Origin: Mayamaea pseudoterrestris
Taxonomy: Eukaryota
Direction: 5' to 3'
NCBI GenBank assembly: GCA_027923505.1
Contig: BROI01000003.1
Span: 558,001-622,000, forward strand
Length of the DNA: 64,000 nucleotides
The position numbers and the translations under genes are program-made. Every line of letters begins with the position of its first letter. Within the stretch, counting starts at the first letter, position 1. This document shows positions 1 through 8,421 of the stretch, piece after piece. The notes under the pieces are model-generated. The model worked only from the letters and a program-made list of their open reading frames with translations, ran no database searches and was not told the origin of the DNA.

Positions 1-540
1 AGGGCCAATGAGATCCATATGCACTTCATACCACGGCGCAATACGAACGTCTCGAACTGGGAGTTCGCCGTACTGTCGCCCGCCGGCTTTGCTGCGTTGG
101 CATGCATCACAGCTCCCCACTAGCAATTCGACTCGTTGCTTTAGCAAGGGATGGTAGAAGTGTTGCTTGATCGTCGTCGTAAGACGCGTCATACCCACAT
201 GTGCCATTGACTGGTGGTACCAGAGGATCAAACGATCCAGAATGGCGCTAGGGATACAGATCCTCCAACGGTCTGCTTCTTGGTATACCACAACTTGATC
301 GTCACCGAGCTGTTCGTACCGAACATGAGCCATTTCCTGATTCTGGATGGCGGCCATGAGTCCAATATCTTGTTGTTGGTACTCGGCAATAGTCGTAAAC
401 GATAAGGGATATCGTCCTTGATCGTCAAACTCCGGATGGAGGAGGAAGCACTCGGCTAACTCTGGGTCCGTCTCCAATAGACTGGTACCTTGTAAATCAT
501 TGGTTGGAAGGAGACGGCCATTTCCTGATGATCTTGAGCT
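1..540 (-). CDS. Gypsy integrase N-terminus (HHCC zinc finger and start of catalytic core), in the -1 frame relative to RT/RNase H; partial
   Basis: Manual translation gives ...LILWYHQSMAHVGMTR...GSCDACQRSK...APWYEVHMDLIGP, open from ~540 to the window edge; not listed in the ORF track. Confidence 0.9.
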
Positions 541-2609
541 TCAATGTCGCTTAACAGCTTGCTTTGGTAAGCAGCGGGGCCCTCCCCCGACAAAGAAGTT
601 TCCCTCAATGTGGGAACGCGGGACAGCGCATCCGCAACAGTGTTGAGTTCGCCCTTGAGGTAGCAAAACACTGGACCATATTCTTCAAGATACAAGCGCC
701 AGCGAAGGACGCGTTGTGTCTGGAAGGCGGTAAGCTCATGGGTGAGATTTTTATGGTCAGTATGAATTTCAATACGCGCACCGAGAAGCATTGAGCGAAA
801 CGTTTTTAGCGTCTCGACTATACTTAGCACTTCTTTTTCAATGGTGGTGTAGTTTTTCTGAGCATCATTGAGCTTGCGAGAAAAATACGCAACCGGAATG
901 CCGTTTTGCAGGATCACGGCTCCCAACTGATAGTCTGACGCATCAGTTTTAATGATAAATGGCAGATTATGGTCAGGATAGCGCAGGAGAACGTCACTAG
1001 CAGCGACTGCTTTCATTTCCTCAAAGGCTTGTTGTTGCTCAGGCCCCCAGAAGAATTTCTTCTTGCCAACAAGTTTTGTCAAAGGCGCAAGCATATGCGA
1101 GCGACGAGGCCACATAGTCCGATAGTAAGTTACAAGACCCAGGAAAGAACGCAGCTGCTTGATGGTTGTAGGCGCTTGCATGTCCACGATGGCTTGAACC
1201 TTCTTCGGCCATGGTTTTAACCCAGTAGGCGTTAACCAGTACCCCAACCAATCGGTTTCCTTGACTGCCCATTCGCATTTTAAAGGGTTGATGGTAAAAC
1301 CATTATCTTCAAGACGTTTCAAAACGTTTTGTAAGAGTCGCAGATGTGATTTCCAATCGTCGCTGAAGCAACCGACATCGTCGAGATACTTTTCTACATC
1401 CGCCAAGCCTTCCAACACTTTTTCCATAACTTCTTGAGCAATGTCAGGTGCTTGATTGACTCCCATCGGGAGGCGCAGGTATCGATAAAGACCAAAGGGA
1501 GTAGCGATGGTGCAAAGCTCACTGCTTTCGCGATCCAGTTGAAACGTGTAGTAGTGCATGGAAATATCGAGCTTGGTAAAGAACTCGTATCCTTTGCGCC
1601 GCGCTAACAACTCATGAATCCGAGGCATTGGAAACGTCTTGCGCTTAATGACTTTGTTCAACGCACGAAAATCGGAAACAAATCGTACAGTTCGATCCTT
1701 TTTGGGGATGATGAACGTTGGTGCTGCCCATTCGCTTCGTCCACACTGCTCCAAGACACCGATTGAGACCAGTCGGTCAAGCTCTTCTTTGAAAGTGGCT
1801 TCATGCACTCGCGGAACAGGATAGTGTCGTTTATGGACTGGCTTGGCGTTGCGTTCAACGTCAATGTGGACCAATTCGTGCGGATATTTTCCCAGTTTGC
1901 CTGAAAACAAAGCAGGGAATTGTCGTAAGAGTTTCTTTAAATCGTCACGCTGAGCATCAGTTAAATGCTTTGCCGCTGCTGCCGCATCATCCGTGGACAC
2001 TTCAGTATACTTAGCTGATTTGATTTCCTCGGTAGTATGCATGTCTGGCTCCGTTTGGAGAGTGAGCAGGAAGCGTGATAATAAAGCATCGCGCATTTGA
2101 GATGAGCGTTTGCCAAGCTCTTCGCGCGACACTAACGGCACTTCGTTGTCGTCCCACAGAATGGAACGACGCTTCCAGTCGAGAATTAATCCAAGGCCGC
2201 CAAGAATATCACGTCCAAGAATCAAATCATATTTAATGTCTTGATCAAAGACTCGAACCGGAAACGAACCGATCCGTTTGGTAGTGGAGAATTCGGGGAG
2301 ATAAGACTCGTCCAAATCAATGGCTGTAGAGCTCTCCAGTTTGCCAACTGTCGTTTGCGAGCTTAAGCGTGGCGCAGCGCGAGTTGACATGCCAATTGAA
2401 GCTTTCTTGCTTATCCACGAAGTGGTTGCTCCTGAGTCCAGTAGTGCGGTGAGGTGTCGTTTGCAGCGACTACCATTGGCTTTGCCAACGACGATTAAGA
2501 CAACAGGCGAGTAGTCATCAACTGTTTCGCTAGAAGAATTATTCGCTACCGTCTGCAAATCCGCGGCAGCGTCATCTTCGTTGTCACTTGCGTCGTCAGC
2601 CGCCGTATC
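456..2609 (-). CDS. pol: Gypsy pol: aspartic protease, reverse transcriptase, RNase H
   Basis: ALLDSGA protease motif, LRLPMG and YLDD RT motifs, TDAS and NTVADALSR RNase H motifs; frame stays open back to the gag TGA. Confidence 0.95.
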   Translation of the reverse strand, partial: DTAADDASDNEDDAAADLQTVANNSSSETVDDYSPVVLIVVGKANGSRCKRHLTALLDSGATTSWISKKASIGMSTRAAPRLSSQTTVGKLESSTAIDLDESYLPEFSTTKRIGSFPVRVFDQDIKYDLILGRDILGGLGLILDWKRRSILWDDNEVPLVSREELGKRSSQMRDALLSRFLLTLQTEPDMHTTEEIKSAKYTEVSTDDAAAAAKHLTDAQRDDLKKLLRQFPALFSGKLGKYPHELVHIDVERNAKPVHKRHYPVPRVHEATFKEELDRLVSIGVLEQCGRSEWAAPTFIIPKKDRTVRFVSDFRALNKVIKRKTFPMPRIHELLARRKGYEFFTKLDISMHYYTFQLDRESSELCTIATPFGLYRYLRLPMGVNQAPDIAQEVMEKVLEGLADVEKYLDDVGCFSDDWKSHLRLLQNVLKRLEDNGFTINPLKCEWAVKETDWLGYWLTPTGLKPWPKKVQAIVDMQAPTTIKQLRSFLGLVTYYRTMWPRRSHMLAPLTKLVGKKKFFWGPEQQQAFEEMKAVAASDVLLRYPDHNLPFIIKTDASDYQLGAVILQNGIPVAYFSRKLNDAQKNYTTIEKEVLSIVETLKTFRSMLLGARIEIHTDHKNLTHELTAFQTQRVLRWRLYLEEYGPVFCYLKGELNTVADALSRVPTLRETSLSGEGPAAYQSKLLSDIEAQDHQEMAVSFQPMIYKVPVYWRRTQS

Positions 2610-3773
2610 TCATTCTTCGGCTGCACCGATAACTTGGTCCCAGAAATGCTTCCAATTAGGATCCAACGACGGTGGAGTCGTCGGTTCTTCTTCCTTGGCT
2701 TGAGCCTTGGCCTTGGACGGAGACTTCTTGTTAGCCTTCTTGTTCGCCGCTTTGGCTTTGGCGTTTGGTTTAACTGCGTTGTCGACAATGACATGAGTAT
2801 CCTCTTCGTCGTCGTCGTCGCGAGTTTCAGTAACATGTGTTTCGTTACTTTTCTTGTCCGTTTTGATTTTCTTCTTGTCAGGCAATTTGAAGGACGGCCC
2901 CTTGTAGTTGCTACTCTTGGGATTGCCGAAGCACTTGTCCCAAGTGTGGCCACCATGGTACTGGCAAATGTTGCCTTTCTTGGTACCGACTGCTTGCGTT
3001 CCATTTTTGTGGTTGCCTCCACCGCCGCGCTTGCGTCCTTTTCCTGAACGTGGCTGACGCTGGCCGCCTCCTTCCTGCTTCTCCACTGCCTTGCGACCAT
3101 GTTCCTTTAACGCCGCCATACTGTCGAACCAACGAGCGAGCTGATGGAGCGTCAAGTCAGAGAGGCGATTGGTGAGCGACTGCTTGCGAAACTCGATCTG
3201 CAACCAGTGTGGCACCATCTCCAAGACCAACGACTTGAGGTCGTCGTCTTCGTAGGCGAGATCAGTCGGGTAGGAGTCAACGTGAGACTGTGGCATATAC
3301 GCCATCCACTTGAACATGCTGCGAAGCAATCCAATCGCACGCAGAACCGTCATGCCTTGAGGGAGGCGAATCGACTTGAGATATTCCTTCTGCTTGCGGA
3401 GATCTTCGTCAGGATCCATGAAGTTGGAAAGGAAGGCCTTGACTGACTCGTTCCAACCCTCCAATGTATCATCGTCAGTGACTGATTGATCCCAAAGGTC
3501 GCGAATAGTTCCAGAGAGACAAAGACGAACGGTCTCCTTGCGAGTTTGGAATTGATGGTCCTCAGGTCCGTCGAACGCCATTTGAGTGAGTACTTCAGTT
3601 ACCTCGTCGATGACTCGAATCGCGACCACTGGATCTTCATCATTCGCAATCTGGATCTTGCGCTTGACCTTGGTTCCATCTTGTTTGACGAATGTCAAGT
3701 CTTGCTTGGAGAGGGTCTCCCATTTGATGCGAGGCACCAGAGGAATGGAGACTTCGTGATCAGTGACGAGCAT
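2610..3773 (-). CDS. gag: Gypsy gag with C-x2-H-x2-H-x4-C knuckle
   Basis: ORF 2610..3809 with first ATG at 3773; CQYHGGHTWDKC motif and basic C-terminal region; immediately upstream of pol. Confidence 0.8.
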   Translation of the reverse strand: MLVTDHEVSIPLVPRIKWETLSKQDLTFVKQDGTKVKRKIQIANDEDPVVAIRVIDEVTEVLTQMAFDGPEDHQFQTRKETVRLCLSGTIRDLWDQSVTDDDTLEGWNESVKAFLSNFMDPDEDLRKQKEYLKSIRLPQGMTVLRAIGLLRSMFKWMAYMPQSHVDSYPTDLAYEDDDLKSLVLEMVPHWLQIEFRKQSLTNRLSDLTLHQLARWFDSMAALKEHGRKAVEKQEGGGQRQPRSGKGRKRGGGGNHKNGTQAVGTKKGNICQYHGGHTWDKCFGNPKSSNYKGPSFKLPDKKKIKTDKKSNETHVTETRDDDDEEDTHVIVDNAVKPNAKAKAANKKANKKSPSKAKAQAKEEEPTTPPSLDPNWKHFWDQVIGAAEE

Positions 3774-3782
3774 GGTTGATAC

Positions 3783-4013
3783 TGTCGTAGACGTATGTTT
3801 TGATATCAAAGTGAATTATCTGTATGACAGAATACTCTAGGTGAAAATTGTGACTACTATGATTGAATTAAGTTCCCTCCGTTTGTTGCTGGCGAGGCTC
3901 GGAGGCACTTCGCCAGTCTCGCTGGTTGCTCGCCGTCAGCGAACTTGGCCCGCCCTGCTCACAGGAGCGGGTCCGGCGCTGCCGTTGGGCTGGCTTACGT
4001 GCGGGATACCACA
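3783..4013 (-). repeat. Putative 5' LTR of the gypsy element (~231 bp)
   Basis: Minus strand starts TGTGGTA at 4013 and ends TACGACA at 3783 (imperfect terminal inverted repeat); the 4013/4014 boundary coincides exactly with the start of host-derived sequence; second LTR is outside the window. Confidence 0.6.
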
Positions 4014-4819
4014 GTGATGCTTTCCAACCAGCTAAATGCTATGCAGTACATACCTGCAGCAGCCTTATTTGCATAATAGGATGGCTTGATTCATCATGTT
4101 GCACCACCATACTCTTCAACATGTCCCTGCCCTTTGTTAGCAGCCTCGTGGTATGACAAGGTGGCTGGACTATCCATTGGTGGTGGACTTGTCTCAGTTT
4201 TTGTATTTCAAACCATTCTGGATCACAATTAATGGATGCTGGAGTGGCCAGGATTTGGAGCCCAACACTCTTGTTGGTCCTGAGCTTAAAAATGGATAGC
4301 AGTGAGCGCTTAGCTATATACAGAATCGTTTTGGAAAGAAGCAAACTCACTTCCGGCAGTGCCTCCTCGTCTGCAGTCTGCTCTTGCAGCTGAGCATTAG
4401 CTTAAAATTGCTGCAACTTTCTACAATCATAGAGTAGTGTACTAACTGATTTGTACGAAAAGGGGGCACTTATTTACGCCGTTCACGCCAGCAGCAAATG
4501 GCAACTGGCAACCAGTAGCTACCAGATCCCTATACCTTTACGATGATCCAGTGTACGTGATTTCCCAAGCATCTGCCTCCAGCGTGTCCGACTCTGTTAC
4601 AATGTGATTAATGGGTCGCTTGCGGTACTGCAATATTTCTGGGCGTGGAATGATAGCTCCACTCTTTTTTGCGACCCGCACCTTGGTGCCGTCATCCAAT
4701 ATTTTGCGGTAAATTCTCGTCGGCTGCCCGGATACAGGATCAATGAGATTGACATTCGAGTAAGGTACGCTCCGTTCTTTGGTAATGGTTCTTCCAGGTA
4801 TTCCTCGATCAGCTTGTCC
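4014..4819 (+). repeat. 806-bp direct duplicate of 57358-58163
   Basis: Colinear at offset 53,344 with about 9 substitutions counted by eye; twin ORFs 4039..4350 and 57383..57694. Confidence 0.97.
4538..4819 (-). pseudogene. 5'-truncated copy of uL24m (C-terminal ~93 codons)
   Basis: Copy of 57882-58163; no start codon; in-frame TAG two codons upstream of the junction, inside copia-derived sequence. Confidence 0.9.
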
Positions 4820-7800
4820 GAGTCGCTATCGAGACGTTACTCTTTGTGCTGACATCATGTATATCAACAAAGTCCCTATGTTGGTGACGTTCTCCCGCAG
4901 CATTCGTTTTGCTACGGTTGAGGTGATTCAAAACCGTACGCTTCCGGTTATGTTGAAGGCAATCGAGTCTGTGTTGAAGATTTACGCACGCGGTGGGTTC
5001 CGTGTCGTCGCGGCTCTGATGGATGGGGAGTTCGCTCCAATGCTTGGCGCGTTGGCTGATCTCGGAGTGGCGCTCAATGCGACATCTGAGGATGAACACG
5101 TTGGCGAAATTGAACGTTTTATCCGTGCCGTGAAAGATCGGGTGGTGCCGACATACAACACGTTGCCATTTAAGCACGTGCCGGCGCGCTTGGTTATCGA
5201 AATGACGAAGTCTGCCGTGTTTTTGTTGAATGCGTTTCGAACGGGTGTTGCATTTCGAAGGATCTCAGTCCACGCACTATTGTGACTGGTCAGACAGTTG
5301 ACTTTAATCGGCATTGCAAGTATGAATTTGGTCAGTATGTGCAAACGCATGAGTCGCACAGCAATGACATGCAGGCGCGCACGATCGGTGCGCTGGCTCT
5401 GCGCCCGACTGGTAATGTGCAGGGTGGGTTTTATTCCCTCCTCAGTTTGTCTTCGGGCAAGTTTCTGAATCGTGGGACGCTACGCCTTTGCCCATGCCTG
5501 ATGATGTCATTGAGCGCGTGCATCGTCTCGCTCGTCAACAGAAGGCCAACCGGGCATCGTGTTCATGGACCGCCACCGTGTTGCGGAGGCTGCTGAGCCA
5601 GTCATGTGGCACGAAGATGACGCCGAGGATGATGATGACTCTGATTATGATGACGACGCTTCTCGCGGTGACGACGACTCTGCCGGCGGAAGCGAAGGAG
5701 TGAATGCGACCGATGACGACGACGACGACGACGATGGTGCTGACGGCGCAATCGAAGGAGTGCCGAACGACGAGGATGGTGGGGGGCCATTGACGGCGAA
5801 CTTGACGACGCGCCAGCCGTGGATGATGGCGAAATTGAAGGAGTGCCCGATGAAGGCGAAATTGAAGGAGTGCCAGCTGCTGCAGACGAAGAGGATTTCG
5901 ATGCGCGCTATGGCCCACGCACTGGTCGGTATGGCCTGCGTGCGCGCAAACCTCAGCTCGTTCGCTCATTTGTTCACGCTCGACGCTGCAGAGGAAGTGT
6001 CGGAGCCACTCGTCACGGCACAGATGAATATGCGACAAGGTTTAAAGGCTTTTGGCGATGCTGGAGTGGAGGCAGTGCGCAAGGAAATGCAGCAGCTACA
6101 CGACAGGCACGTCATGAAGGCAGTCCCCAATGCACTCTGACTCCGCAGCAGCGCAAGGACGCTCTGGCGTATTTGATGTTTCTCAAGCGCAAGAGATGCG
6201 GGACTGTGAAGGGACGCGGATGCGCGGATGGACGCAAGCAACGAGCATACACTGCAAAGGAAGACGCAGCATCTCCAACGATAGCGACAGAGGCCATCTT
6301 TCTGACAGCTATCATTGACGCTATGGAAGGGCGCGAGGTTGCTGTGGTTGATGTACCGGGTGCTTTCATGCAAGCGGAAATGGATGAGTTGGTGCACGTT
6401 CGTTTCACTGGGAAGATGGTGGAGCTACTGTTGGAAATTGATCGCGAGATGTACGAGCCTTGCGTCACAATGGAGAATGGCGAGAAAGTCATGTATGTTG
6501 AATTACTCATGGCGCTTTATGGTACGCTTCGAGCAGCGCGACTATTCTGGGAGAAGTTGTCCGCAAAATTGCTTGAGTGGGGCTTCGAGAAGAACCCGTA
6601 CGATCCGTGTGTGTGCAACAAGATTGTCAATGGGAAGCAAATCACCGTGGGATGGCACGTGGACGATTTGAAGATTTCTGCACGTCGACGTGAGCGTAGT
6701 GGATGAGTTCATCGCGCAGATGGATGAGGAGTTTGGCAAGGAGACTCCAATGAATAAGTCACGCGGAAAAGTGCGACGACTACCTCGGCATGGTATTGGA
6801 CTATACTAAGCCTGGAGAAGTAGCAATCAACATGGTTGACTATGTGAAGAACATCCCGCATCATGCGCCAGACGACATGGATGGAACGGCAGCTACTCCG
6901 GCAGCCAGTCACTTGTTTCAGATATCGGAAAATCCTGTCTGTTGAGCGAAGCGAAGAAGCAGATTTTTGTGACGATTGTGATGCAGTGTCTGTATCTGAG
7001 TCAGCGAGCGCGACCGGATATTCGCACAGCGATTTCTTTCTTGAGCACGAGGCTGCAGCAGCCTGACGAAGACGACTATAAGAAGGCTGCAAGAGTGATT
7101 AAATATTTACGCGGAAGCGTGGACATGGTGTTGACGCTGAAGGCGGACCAGTCCGGGATAGTCCAGTGGTGGGTGGATGCGTCGTACGCGGTGCACCCAG
7201 ACATGAAGGGTCACACTGGTGGAACAATGACACTTGGCCAAGGATCAGTGTACAGTACGTCGGCTAAACAGAAGTTGGTAACAAGAAGCTCGACGGAGAG
7301 CGAAGTTGTGGGAGTTCATGATGTGCTACCGCAGTTGCTGTGGACAGGATATTTTCTGAAGGCGCAAGGTTTCGGGGTCAAAGACACGAAATTGTATCAA
7401 GACAATATGAGTTCAATGCTGTTGGAAAAGAATGGCAGAAGCTCAAGTACAAAGCGCACGCGACACATGAATGTTCGGTACTTCTTTGTGAAAGATCGCG
7501 TGGCAGCTGGTGAAGTCAACATTGAGCATTGTCCGACCGGAGACATGGTCGCGGATTTCTTCACGAAACCATTGCAGGGAGCCCAGTTTGGCAAGCTCCG
7601 CAACCTGGTTATGAATCTGGCCTCGAGCAGTAAGTACTACTCGGCCCAAAGGAGTGTTGAGCATGGATGAGAACCCAAACCGAAGCGGCAGCGGTGACGT
7701 CACGAAGACGGTCACATTTAAGTAAGCGCGGTAAGCGGCAACCGAAGGAGTGGATCGAGGCCACCGGTTTGTCGGTCCAGCTGTAAGCATTGCCAAAACA

Positions 7801-7930
7801 TATGGTATCGGAAAGACGATTGCGTGATAGAACTGGTCGACGGAAGAAATGCTTGTGACAAGGAGGAGACTCAAGCTTACAGCATCAAGAATGATGCGAC
7901 TTGGAATGCAGCAAGATTCATAAAGCAACA
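4820..7930 (+). mobile_element. Ty1/copia (CoDi-like) retrotransposon, 5'-truncated inside integrase and multiply frameshifted
   Basis: IN (DVTLCAD, DGEF, EHVGEIERFIR) precedes RT (ALYG, WHVDD) and RNase H (WVDASYAVH, ADFFTKPLQG); coding signal is split across many ORFs. Confidence 0.93.
7655..7930 (+). repeat. Putative copia 3' LTR
   Basis: Purine tract AAAGGAG then TGTTG at 7655; first downstream CAACA ends at 7930 (an alternative ends at 8007). Confidence 0.5.
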
Positions 7931-8421
7931 TTTTCGTTGAAAATCGGTTGAGTGGTCTGCTTAAAGCCAAGATTACAAAGAAGAGTAACAGTGGTCGTAT
8001 GACAACAAATGTAATATCGCTCTGATGACAGTGTGGTTTCTGGTTTGTTCGCCCATGGTCATCGGGAGTTGCCGACGTGGTTTGAAAGAATTCAAGCGGA
8101 ACGATCTATTCATGAAAAGATTGTGTAAAGATGGTTTTCAATCTTGCTTTATATACATTGTCCGTCGTGGAAGGAAACGATGCGTGCGCAATTTATCCTC
8201 CACTCCTTCCATGTCTATACACATATCAAGAGTACAGTACCAGTAGAAAGGTATACCCATTGCAATTAAATGGTATATGCTTGGTTCTTAGTTTTGGTCG
8301 CGACGACAATGAAATCCGCTGACAATGCCTGCCTTTCACCAGCCATGTCATAATATCACGGAGCGCGACTATGTACAGTCATACAACCGGATTAATAGTT
8401 GGTAGACAAAGCCATCAATGC

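Larger units (their letters stand above)
1..4013 (-). mobile_element. Ty3/gypsy LTR retrotransposon, continuing off the left window edge
   Basis: Domain order gag-PR-RT-RNaseH-IN on the minus strand; putative 5' LTR starts with TGT at 4013. Confidence 0.95.

Noticed and set aside
2546..3100. 184-aa ORF overlapping the gag end as a frameshift route into pol
   Set aside because: It is in a different frame from pol and stops at 2546; gag and pol already share a frame.
3995..4011. TGGTATCCCGC as a tRNA primer-binding site
   Set aside because: It lies 2 nt inside the element end defined by the host-sequence junction at 4013/4014, so it is better read as the LTR start TGTGGTA.
5690..5880. Repeated GAAGGAGTG (EGV) units
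   Set aside because: Low-complexity acidic linker between copia integrase and RT, part of the element.
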